A stretch of DNA of 64,000 bases from an uncultured bacterium (lineage in GTDB: Bacteria > CAIWAD01). Every line of letters starts with the position of its first letter. Within the stretch, counting starts at the first letter, position 1. The notes below the pieces were generated by a model. It was not told where the DNA came from. It made no database searches and worked only from the letters and a program-made list of their open reading frames with translations. The stretch spans positions 16,445-80,444 of the forward strand of contig CAIWAD010000124.1 of NCBI GenBank assembly GCA_903910645.1, read 5' to 3'. The position numbers and the translations under genes are program-made. Of this stretch, positions 1-8,161 are shown piece by piece.

Positions 1-1098
1 CTTCAGGGACAGAAGGCCCAGGAAGCCCAGGATGAGGGCGATGATCCAGAAGCGGATGACCACCTTGGTCTCCGCCACGCCGCGATGCTCGAAGGCGTGG
101 TGGATGGGTGCGCGATAGAAGATGCGCCGCCCCAGGATGCCGATGCCAATCTTCTCCTGGATCAGCACGCTGGCTCCTTCCAGCACAAAGACGCCGCCCA
201 CGATGAGGAAGAGCACTTCCTGGCGCAGCATGAGCATCACGGCGGAGAGCAGGCCGCCCAGGGCCATGCTGCCCGTGTCTCCCATGAAGACCTGCGCCGG
301 AAAGAAGTTGTACCACAGGAAGCCCAGACCGGCGCCGATGACCGCGCCGCTCAGCACGGCCAGTTCCCCCATGCCGGGCACATAGGTGAATTGCAGGTAG
401 CCGCTCAGCACCTCGTTGCCCAGCACATAGGCGAAAATGGCGTAGACCATGAAGGAGATGGAGGCGGGCACCACGGCCAGGCCGTCCATGCCATCGGCGA
501 AGTTCATGCTGTTGGAGACGCTCAGGAAGACCATTACCACCCATGGCACGGCCAGCCATCCCAGATCCAGCACCGGCCCTTTCACAAAGGGCAGCATGAG
601 CTGGCTGCGCAAATCCTCCGGCAAGGGCGAGGCCGCGGAGATGAGCCAGACACCAAAAGCGGCGCCATAGGCCCCCTGTAGCCCGAGTTTGGACAACTGG
701 GAAAGGCCATGCTTGCCGCTGCCACCCTTCAGCTTGCCCCAGTCGTCCAGCATGCCCACGCCGCCAAACCACAACAGGGCCGAGACCGCCGCCCAGGCGA
801 ATGGGCTGTCCGGGGTCAGCCACAACAGGTAGCCACCCAGGATGGCCAGGATCATCATCAGGCCGCCCATGGTGGGAGTGCCTCGCTTGTTGGAGACATC
901 AATGACCCCGTAATCCTCCACCACATCGCGGATGCGCTTGCGGTGCAGGAAAAGGATCACCCGGCGGCCGATGAGCAGGCTTACAAGGAAAGTGGTCAAC
1001 GCGGCCATCACGGCGCGGAAAGTCAGGTAGTGCACCAGGCGCAGGAAACCGGGGCCGCCCAGCTCCTCACGCAGGAGGTCCGCCAGCCAGATCAGCAT
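1..1098 (-). CDS. mraY: Phospho-N-acetylmuramoyl-pentapeptide transferase MraY; the 3' end runs off the window edge
   Basis: Absent from the ORF track because it is open at position 1. My minus-strand translation from the ATG at 1098-1096 reads MLIWLADLLREELGGPGFLRLVHYLTFRAV...NKRGTPTMGG...NFADGMDGLA...FMGDTGSMALGG...APIHHAFE. The start overlaps the murG stop by 7 nt. Confidence 0.9.
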   Translation of the reverse strand, partial: MLIWLADLLREELGGPGFLRLVHYLTFRAVMAALTTFLVSLLIGRRVILFLHRKRIRDVVEDYGVIDVSNKRGTPTMGGLMMILAILGGYLLWLTPDSPFAWAAVSALLWFGGVGMLDDWGKLKGGSGKHGLSQLSKLGLQGAYGAAFGVWLISAASPLPEDLRSQLMLPFVKGPVLDLGWLAVPWVVMVFLSVSNSMNFADGMDGLAVVPASISFMVYAIFAYVLGNEVLSGYLQFTYVPGMGELAVLSGAVIGAGLGFLWYNFFPAQVFMGDTGSMALGGLLSAVMLMLRQEVLFLIVGGVFVLEGASVLIQEKIGIGILGRRIFYRAPIHHAFEHRGVAETKVVIRFWIIALILGFLGLLSLK

Positions 1099-3074
1099 GT
1101 TTCCTCCGCTTTCTGGCCGGCCAGATCCCGCATGGCCTGTTTCAAGGGAAAGCGTGGGCGGAAATGTGTGCTGGTGAGCAGGAAGCTGTCCAGCTCGCCT
1201 TTCAGATCCGCCAGGGGAAGCTCGCCACCATGCACGCGCAAGTCCAGCGCCCGGATGGCCGCCTCACGCACGCGGCAATTGGCGTGTCGCGCCAGTGGCA
1301 GAATCCACTCCCGCCAGGATGCGGCCGGCATGCAGGCCGCCCACCACCACGCCACGGCCTGCGCCTCCTCGAAATTGCCCTTGAGGCGGAAGCGGGCCAT
1401 GTGCCGCACCACAGCCTCCGTGGCCTCAGCCTTCAGGACCCCCAGGCTGCGGATGGCCTCCACCCGCGCTTCCCAGTAGGGATCCTTCAGCGCCGCTCCC
1501 AGCACGCGCGCCGAATCCGCCGTCAGCGGCAATTCCGCCAGGGCCGTGCACAGGTTGCGGCGGATGAAGCCGTTCTGACGGTGGCGCTCGCCCATCAGGC
1601 GTGGCAGCAAGCCAGGCCTTCCCTTGTCCTCCGCCAGACGCACCAGCAGGGGCAGGGCATCCTGAAGCCCAAGGCGGCCCGCCAGTTTGATGCCGGCGTT
1701 GCGTTCCAGCCAGGAAGGACTGCAGAGGGCCGCCAGACAGCGGTATTCCACATAGCGCACATCGTGGGGATCCGTCAGGCGCGGCAGCCGCTGCAGAAGC
1801 TGTTCCGTGCCCAGACGCTCCAGCGTGGCGCCCGCGGGCACCTGCCCCGCGCCATCCAGGGTCGGCAGCGTGCCAATGGCCAGCACCGAGGCCAGCCGAC
1901 CCAAGCGCTCGCGGGCATCGGCGTGGAAACCGGATCGCGCGCCGCGCGAGAGCCCCTCCCGACGCTCCTTGTCCTCCAGCAAGGCCAGCAAGGCTTCCAG
2001 CAGACGCTCCGGCCGCACACCCGCCTCGATGCCATGGCCCTCCACCAGTGGCTCCTCCAGCAGCAACTCCGCGGCTCCCGCGCGCTCCGCGCTACGGGCA
2101 TTGGCCGTTTGGTGGTCTCCCGGAAGGCCCATTTTGGGAATCAGCAGTGCGGGCCGCCCCATGGCAAGCAGTTCAAAGATGGCGCCTGCGCCAGCCCGGC
2201 AACACACCAGATCCGCCGCTCCATAGGCCAGCTGGATGCGGTCGAAATAGGGCCTGGCGTGATACAGGGGCGCCAGCTCCGCCCAGTCGGGAACTTCACG
2301 AAACAGGCGGCCCAGCTGTTCGGCGTGCTCCGCGGTGGCGTCCCATGCCGTTCCCGCCGACATGCCGGTGCCGTGCAGCACCTGGATGCCCTTGCGCAGG
2401 AGTTGGGGCAGGATGTGGTACAAGGCGCGGTTGATGGCCCGGGCCCCCTGGGATCCGCCGAAGACGAACAGCACGGGGCGGGCGGGATCCAGTCCCAGTT
2501 CGCGGCAGGCTTCCACGCGGTCGGGCAGCTGCTCCAGCCCCGCACGCACGGGATAGCCCACGGTGTGGGTGCGGCAACCCGGCAAATGGCCGGCGGACTC
2601 GGGGAAGGTAAGGGCCACCAGATCCGCCACGCGGCCCGCCATGCGGTTCATCAACCCGGCGCTGGCGTTCTGCTCATGGATGAGAATGCCGCAGCGCAAC
2701 AGGCGCAGTTTGCGCAACAGCGCGGCGGCGAAAACCGTGGGCGCGGCGGCGTAGCCTCCGGTGGCCACCACCACCTGCGGCCGGAAACGCAGCAGGTGCA
2801 GGGAGGCCTGGGCCACGCCCAGGATCAGCTTCGCAATGAAGAGGGGAAGGCGCGGCGAGCGCAGTCCGGGAAAACCCACGGCGGGGGCGGACTGAAAGGG
2901 CAAGTCCAGCTGGCCGCTCTCCTGCAAGCCGCGCAGGATGCGCTCCTCCGCCCTTCCGCGCGTGCCAATGTACAGGCCCTTCCACGAGCCATCCGCCAGC
3001 AAGGCCTGGGCCACCGCAAGCGCCGGGTAGACATGTCCACCCGTCCCGCCGCCAGTGAACACCACCCGCTTCAC
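1092..3074 (-). CDS. murG: MurG (GT28 UDP-GlcNAc:lipid I transferase) fused to a C-terminal HEAT/PBS-lyase-like repeat region of about 270 aa
   Basis: VVFTGGGTGGHVYPALAVAQAL, ILIHEQNA and GGSQGARAINRA are MurG motifs. The tail carries HEAT-like repeats (DPYWEARVEAIRSLG, NCRVREAAIRALD). I chose the GTG start at 3074, which forms a GTGA overlap with the upstream stop; the 713-aa ORF-track version is an Arg/Pro-rich extension. Confidence 0.85.
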   Translation of the reverse strand: MKRVVFTGGGTGGHVYPALAVAQALLADGSWKGLYIGTRGRAEERILRGLQESGQLDLPFQSAPAVGFPGLRSPRLPLFIAKLILGVAQASLHLLRFRPQVVVATGGYAAAPTVFAAALLRKLRLLRCGILIHEQNASAGLMNRMAGRVADLVALTFPESAGHLPGCRTHTVGYPVRAGLEQLPDRVEACRELGLDPARPVLFVFGGSQGARAINRALYHILPQLLRKGIQVLHGTGMSAGTAWDATAEHAEQLGRLFREVPDWAELAPLYHARPYFDRIQLAYGAADLVCCRAGAGAIFELLAMGRPALLIPKMGLPGDHQTANARSAERAGAAELLLEEPLVEGHGIEAGVRPERLLEALLALLEDKERREGLSRGARSGFHADARERLGRLASVLAIGTLPTLDGAGQVPAGATLERLGTEQLLQRLPRLTDPHDVRYVEYRCLAALCSPSWLERNAGIKLAGRLGLQDALPLLVRLAEDKGRPGLLPRLMGERHRQNGFIRRNLCTALAELPLTADSARVLGAALKDPYWEARVEAIRSLGVLKAEATEAVVRHMARFRLKGNFEEAQAVAWWWAACMPAASWREWILPLARHANCRVREAAIRALDLRVHGGELPLADLKGELDSFLLTSTHFRPRFPLKQAMRDLAGQKAEETC

Positions 3075-4147
3075 GCGTGGGCCTCGCGCAGGCGATCCAG
3101 CGCGCCGCCCTGGACTTCGCGCCGGGCCGCGTCGCACACCCGGCGCAACTCCGGACAATTGTGGAAGGCGGGGTTTTCCAGCAGCTCCAGCAGGTGATCC
3201 AGCGCCGTCGGCACATGCTGCAGGAACCACCACTTCCCTTTCACCCGGCTGAGCAGGCCATAAGCGCCAAGGGCCTGCATCATGCGATGGGCGGCCACCA
3301 GCGGGTATAGAGCCAGAAAAGAGGCGGCGCTCTCCAGTCCGCGCTCCTCGCGGCGAAGGGCGTAGCCCTCCAGCAGCTGGGCCCGGGTGGCGGAAGGCAG
3401 CCGCAGGTAGGGATCGTTGATGAAGGAGGCCACATCGTACTGTGGCGGACCCAGGCGGGCGCCCTGGAAGTCAATGATGCGCCAGCGTCCCGCCGTGCGC
3501 AGCACATTGGTGCTCTGGAAATCCCGGAAGAGGATGCCCCAGCGCGTCTGGGTCTCCACTTGGCGCGCCAGCGCGTCGCACTCCGCATGGAAGGCCGCGC
3601 GGTCCAGCGGCAGGCCCATCAGGCCATCCACGAAACGCTCACGGAAATAGCCGGATTCCCACACCGTCATCAGCTCATGGTCATAGGGAAGTGCGTGGAC
3701 GCGGCTTGGGTCGAATTGGCCGTGCAGGCCAGCCTGCAAATCCAGCAGAATCTCCAGCACCTCCGCCATCCACCGGGCGGTGAGTGGCGAGTCCCGACCT
3801 TCGCGCTCCACCATGGCCAGCAGGAGCTCGTCTCCCAGATCCTCCACCAGGTACCAGTGGGCGTCCAGATCGGCGTGCACCAGGCTGGGCCCATGTCCAC
3901 CCGCCTCCTGGAGCAGACCGCCCACATACCAGAAGGAGTGGTTCTCGTTCAACGGCCCACCAAAGGTCTGGGGGGTGGGGTTCTGCACCAGCACCAGGCT
4001 ATGGTCGCTGTCGCCGTGGGGCCAGATGCGGGTCATGACGCGGTCGCTGCCCCCACCCGGCATGTGCCAGGCGCGGGGCTCGCGATGTTCCAGGCCGGCC
4101 GCCGCCAGATAGGCCGCGGGCTGAAGGAGGGGATCGGGCATGCTCAT
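3071..4147 (-). CDS. AmgK-like anomeric MurNAc/GlcNAc kinase (aminoglycoside-phosphotransferase fold)
   Basis: LFRDFQSTNVL...IIDFQGARLGPPQYDVASFINDPY is the Brenner/APH catalytic region. GGGSDRVMTRIW is nucleotide-loop-like. HRMMQALGAYG lies in the C-terminal part, as in AmgK-type kinases. Confidence 0.6.
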   Translation of the reverse strand: MSMPDPLLQPAAYLAAAGLEHREPRAWHMPGGGSDRVMTRIWPHGDSDHSLVLVQNPTPQTFGGPLNENHSFWYVGGLLQEAGGHGPSLVHADLDAHWYLVEDLGDELLLAMVEREGRDSPLTARWMAEVLEILLDLQAGLHGQFDPSRVHALPYDHELMTVWESGYFRERFVDGLMGLPLDRAAFHAECDALARQVETQTRWGILFRDFQSTNVLRTAGRWRIIDFQGARLGPPQYDVASFINDPYLRLPSATRAQLLEGYALRREERGLESAASFLALYPLVAAHRMMQALGAYGLLSRVKGKWWFLQHVPTALDHLLELLENPAFHNCPELRRVCDAARREVQGGALDRLREAHA

Positions 4148-4305
4148 GCCCGAAGGTAGGGCTTTGGCGCAAAGGAGTCTGTTGGGCCTGGCTCACCTGC
4201 GGGATTGGCGCACATGCGGTGGATGTGTTTTGAAGTCCAATGCCCAGGAGATCAGCGAGAATCCTCACACAGCGGAAGTGGCATGGAGCGCCAAGTAGCC
4301 AAGCC

Positions 4306-6306
4306 TTAGCGCAAGAGACTTAATCGTTGCACGCTGCGCCCATTGGGCGTTTCCAGCACCAGCAGATAAAGTCCGCCCGCCAGGCCTTCGCCATCCAGGC
4401 GCGTCACAAATGCCCCGGCGGGACCATTGCCTTCCACCAGACGCCGCACTTCCTGACCGGCCAGGTTGAAAAGGCGCAGGCTGCGCGTGCCGGCCTGGTG
4501 GCTTTCCCAACTGATCAGGGTGGAAGGGTTGAAGGGATTGGGCCAGGCCTCCAGCAGGGGGATTTCCGTGGCGCGGGGAGGCACCACCACCGGCGGCCCG
4601 GGCTTCACATCCGTTTCATCCACTTGCAGGGCCAGCGAGCAGGTCTGACCCCCCGCAATGGCGGTAAAGCCCACATTGGGTTGGGGAACCACGCATTGAC
4701 CGTAAAGAAAATGCCCCCACGCCACCACGCTTCCGTCGCTCTTCAAGCCCATGCTGTGCAGGCTGCCACAAGCCACCGCCACAAAGTCTGTGTTGGGCTC
4801 CGGCACATCGCATTGCTGCCAGCCATTCCAGCCCCAGGCAACCACGCTGCTGTCCGCGCGCAAGGCCAGGTTGTGGTAGGGTCCGGCGGCGATGGCGGTG
4901 AAGCCCTCATTGGGGGAAGGCAGGTCGCACTGGCCGTACTCGTTGTTGCCCCAGGCCGCCAGAACTCCGCTCTGGCGCAAGCCTATGGTGTGCAGACCAC
5001 CGGCGGCCACATCCCGCCAATTGGTATTGGATCCTGACACGGTGCATTGGCCCGCCGAGTTCAGGCCCCAGCAGGAAATCATGCCGTTGCTGCGCAGTCC
5101 CACGCTGTGGGCCGTGCCGGCGTCCACTTTCAGCCACCCCATGTTGGGGCCGGGCACCACGCATTGGTTGAAGAAATTCCATCCCCAACCCACGGCCGTG
5201 CCGTCCTGCCGCAGGCCCATGCTGTGGTTACCGCCCGCCGAGACCGCATTGAAGAGCGTGGCGGCAGGCACGGAGCACTGTCCGTAGCTGTTGTCTCCCC
5301 AGGCCGCCACCGTGCCGTCCTCGTGCAGGAGCAGGCTGTGGTACTCGCCCGTGTCCACGGCGCGGGCCCACTGACCCAGCCCGCCTGGCAGGCACTGTCC
5401 ACGGGCGTTGTCCCCCCAGAGCAGGAGAGTGCCATCCTGCCGCAGGGCCAGGCTGAAGTTTCCGCCCGCGGCGATGAACACGCAATCCTGCGCCTCATCC
5501 GGCACGGCGCATTGGCCCAGGCTGTTGTCGCCCCACGCGGCCACCGTACCATCCTCCCGCAAGCCCAGGCTGTGTCGGGCGCCAGCGGCGATGGCGCTGA
5601 AGCCGCTGTTGGGCTCCGGCACCTGGCACTGGCCCTGCTCATCCCAGCCCCAGGCCACAATGGATGCATCCTGCCGCAGCAACAGGCTGTGGGCCTCGCC
5701 GGCGGCAAGGGCCAAGCCGCCGACGGCGTCTTCCGGCACCTGGCATTGGCCGTGGAGATCATTCCCCCAGGCCTGCACGCCTCCATTCTCCAAGAGCACC
5801 AGGCTGTGGAAGTGGCCCGCCGCCACGGCCCGGCAGGGTGGCAGGGAGTCCGGCACGGCGCATTGGCCTTCTGTGGACCTTCCCCAGGCCGCCACTCCGC
5901 CACTGTCCCGCAATGCCAAACCGTGGCCAATGCCGGCGGCCACGGCCACGAAGTGTTCGTTGGGCTCCGGCGTCAGGCATTGCCCCTGGGTGTTCCACCC
6001 CACTGCAAGCACGGTGCCATTGGCGCGCAGGCCAACCGTGAAGGCGTCCCCCGCCGCCACCTGAACCCAATGGGCATTGGCGCCAGGCAGGAAGCCTTGT
6101 CCCCAGGAGTTGTCTCCCCATACCACCATCACGCTGTCCGGCGTGATGCCCAGGCCGTGTCCCACGCCGCAGGCCGCCTGCGCAAGCCCGTGGGTCAGGC
6201 GCGGGGCCGGCACCAGCAGGGTGCCCCAGGCGCTCAGGGCCGCATGGTTCTGGGCAAGGGCAACAAGCGGCGCAAGTCCAAGCAGGCATCGCAGAAGGAC
6301 GGTCAT
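4306..6306 (-). CDS. Secreted RCC1-repeat beta-propeller protein with a T9SS-type C-terminal sorting domain
   Basis: Signal peptide MTVLLRCLLGLAPLVALA. I counted 13 repeats of the AWG-N-x-GQC-VP type. The C-terminus reads WPNPFNPSTLISW...LRLFNLAGQEVRRL...GLYLLVLETPNGRSVQRLSLLR. Confidence 0.85.
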   Translation of the reverse strand: MTVLLRCLLGLAPLVALAQNHAALSAWGTLLVPAPRLTHGLAQAACGVGHGLGITPDSVMVVWGDNSWGQGFLPGANAHWVQVAAGDAFTVGLRANGTVLAVGWNTQGQCLTPEPNEHFVAVAAGIGHGLALRDSGGVAAWGRSTEGQCAVPDSLPPCRAVAAGHFHSLVLLENGGVQAWGNDLHGQCQVPEDAVGGLALAAGEAHSLLLRQDASIVAWGWDEQGQCQVPEPNSGFSAIAAGARHSLGLREDGTVAAWGDNSLGQCAVPDEAQDCVFIAAGGNFSLALRQDGTLLLWGDNARGQCLPGGLGQWARAVDTGEYHSLLLHEDGTVAAWGDNSYGQCSVPAATLFNAVSAGGNHSMGLRQDGTAVGWGWNFFNQCVVPGPNMGWLKVDAGTAHSVGLRSNGMISCWGLNSAGQCTVSGSNTNWRDVAAGGLHTIGLRQSGVLAAWGNNEYGQCDLPSPNEGFTAIAAGPYHNLALRADSSVVAWGWNGWQQCDVPEPNTDFVAVACGSLHSMGLKSDGSVVAWGHFLYGQCVVPQPNVGFTAIAGGQTCSLALQVDETDVKPGPPVVVPPRATEIPLLEAWPNPFNPSTLISWESHQAGTRSLRLFNLAGQEVRRLVEGNGPAGAFVTRLDGEGLAGGLYLLVLETPNGRSVQRLSLLR

Positions 6307-6403
6307 GACAACAGTTCCTGTAGGAGGGTCGGCTGTGTGTTTGCAGGGAGCTTAGCATGCGAAGGATGGGCTGACAAGGAGAACCCGCCGCCTCCTCATC
6401 ATT

Positions 6404-6435
6404 AAAAGCCGGCCCCCCAGGTGGAGGGCCGGCTT
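6404..6435 (-). terminator. Rho-independent terminator candidate for the 6495-8135 gene
   Basis: Perfect 10-bp stem, AAGCCGGCCC (6406-6415) paired with GGGCCGGCTT (6426-6435). On the minus-strand RNA it is followed by UUUUAAU. It lies about 60 nt after the stop codon. Confidence 0.6.
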
Positions 6436-6494
6436 GTCTTCGTGCCCGCGCAGGGAGTTGCTTGTCCCTGGAGCGCGGCAATGGAGCCCGCCGT

Positions 6495-8135
6495 CTATTG
6501 TACGGCGCGCACCTGGAATACCTTCATGCCCGTGGCGGGCAGCACAAGGGAAGTACCCGTCGTGCTTCCTTCCAGGGTCATGGTGGAGTAACCCGATGTG
6601 GAGCTGTAGACATTGTAGCTGACAGCCAGGGGCACGGCCGTCCAGCTTAGCACCGCCTGTCCGCCCGTGTAGGTGATGTCCAGTCCGGGGGCGCAGAGGA
6701 AGTTGTCCCAGGCCACCGTGGGCAGGGTCACCACGGGGGTGGCATCATCCAGGGTCAGGGCGCGGTTGGCAATGCCATTCTCCCATTCCCAATTGGTGCC
6801 GTCCATGGTGTGGGTGAACTTGTACTCCACATCAAATGCCGTTCCGGCGGGGAAGACCACCGTGCCCGTCCACACGCCGTCGGCATCGCCATCGGCCAGG
6901 GCATTGGAGCCGCCCGTCCAGTCCAGGGGAGCGGCACTGCCTTGCACGGCCACGCCCGTCACGCCGCTCATGCAACCCATGTTCACGGCGAAGTCCACGC
7001 TGACATCCACCGTGGTGCCCACGGGCGGGGTCCAGTTGTTCCACAGGTCGGCGTCAAGCAGCATGAAACCGTTGTCGGCCATGCACAGGAAACGGTTGGG
7101 AGTGTCTTCCCAGCTCCACACCGTGCCGTTGCTGCGGGTGAACTTGTACTCACTGGTGTTCACGGTGCCAATGGGGAAGCTGACCGTGAGGGTGTAGACG
7201 CCGTCGTGGTTGAAATCGTTCATGGGCCGGCCGCCGGCGGTCCAGTTCAGCGGAGCGCGGCTGCCCTGCAGGGAGACGCCACCCGAATAGCTGGCGGGAT
7301 CCTGGTTGCGCATGTCCACGGCGAAGACCACCTGCTGCTGGGCCACCAGGGGATGCTCGATGCAGGGACAGACCTCCTGGTCGTTCCAGTAGCCCATGTA
7401 GCTGCCTTCCGTGGCGCCCAAGTCAATGGTGTACTCGCGGTTGGCGAAGGGACCGCCCGACAGGGATTCCCAGGCGGTGCCATTGCGGAACTTGAACTCG
7501 ATGGTGGTGGCGGAGCCAGCGGGCCAGGCGATGTCGGTGCTGTAAAGTCCACCGCCCACCGGGGTCATGGCCTGATAGTTCCAGCCGTTAAAGGAGCCGG
7601 AAATGCCCGGGCCGGGGCCATCGGGGGCCACGCAATGGAAGTCGCCGGTCACATGCAGCACGAAATTCTCCGTGGTGGCCTGCTGCACCAGATAGTAGGC
7701 CGGAGAGACTGCATTGAAGGTTCCCATGGGACTGCCCGGACGAGCCGTGAACTCCGCCGCGCCGTCGCCATCGGCGAATTCGCAGTAGAAGAACACGCTG
7801 TCACCGGTCAGGGCGCTCACGGGGATGTCGGCGAAGTACTCGTCCATGGGCGTGTAGCAGTCGCCGATGTTCAGGGTCATGGGCAGAGATGTGAAGCTGC
7901 CTTGTCCCTGGGCGCGATAGTAGAAGGTCTCGGTCATGTCGGCGCACTCCGTGCTGTCGCACATGCCGGTGCAACCGGTCTTCAGGGCGCGGGCATAAAC
8001 GCGGACGGCGTTGCCGTTGGGCACCGTGTCGCCGTTCTCCTGCCACTGCAGGTAGCTCTGCTCCACCAGGGCCGCCGCCGGCTGGGCCAGGACGGCCAGC
8101 AGGGCAGCCACTGCGGAAAAGTGAAGGACTTTCAT
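6495..8135 (-). CDS. Secreted protein with three CBM20-like (starch-binding-type) modules and a C-terminal FN3-like module
   Basis: Signal peptide MKVLHFSAVAALLAVLAQPAAA. Repeated modules read GSFNGWN...EFKFRNG, LQGSRAPLNW...DGVYT...EYKFTRSNG and VQGSAAPLDW...DGVWT...EYKFTH. The tail is LSWTAVPLAVSYNVY. Confidence 0.6.
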   Translation of the reverse strand: MKVLHFSAVAALLAVLAQPAAALVEQSYLQWQENGDTVPNGNAVRVYARALKTGCTGMCDSTECADMTETFYYRAQGQGSFTSLPMTLNIGDCYTPMDEYFADIPVSALTGDSVFFYCEFADGDGAAEFTARPGSPMGTFNAVSPAYYLVQQATTENFVLHVTGDFHCVAPDGPGPGISGSFNGWNYQAMTPVGGGLYSTDIAWPAGSATTIEFKFRNGTAWESLSGGPFANREYTIDLGATEGSYMGYWNDQEVCPCIEHPLVAQQQVVFAVDMRNQDPASYSGGVSLQGSRAPLNWTAGGRPMNDFNHDGVYTLTVSFPIGTVNTSEYKFTRSNGTVWSWEDTPNRFLCMADNGFMLLDADLWNNWTPPVGTTVDVSVDFAVNMGCMSGVTGVAVQGSAAPLDWTGGSNALADGDADGVWTGTVVFPAGTAFDVEYKFTHTMDGTNWEWENGIANRALTLDDATPVVTLPTVAWDNFLCAPGLDITYTGGQAVLSWTAVPLAVSYNVYSSTSGYSTMTLEGSTTGTSLVLPATGMKVFQVRAVQ

Positions 8136-8161
8136 GGGACACCTCTAGTTTTGTGGGTGAT

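Noticed and set aside
4306-6306. DNA periodicity of about 150 bp that might suggest a tandem repeat or CRISPR-like array.
   Set aside because: The periodicity is the coding repeat of the RCC1 blades. The units are diverged, in frame, and have no spacer/repeat architecture.
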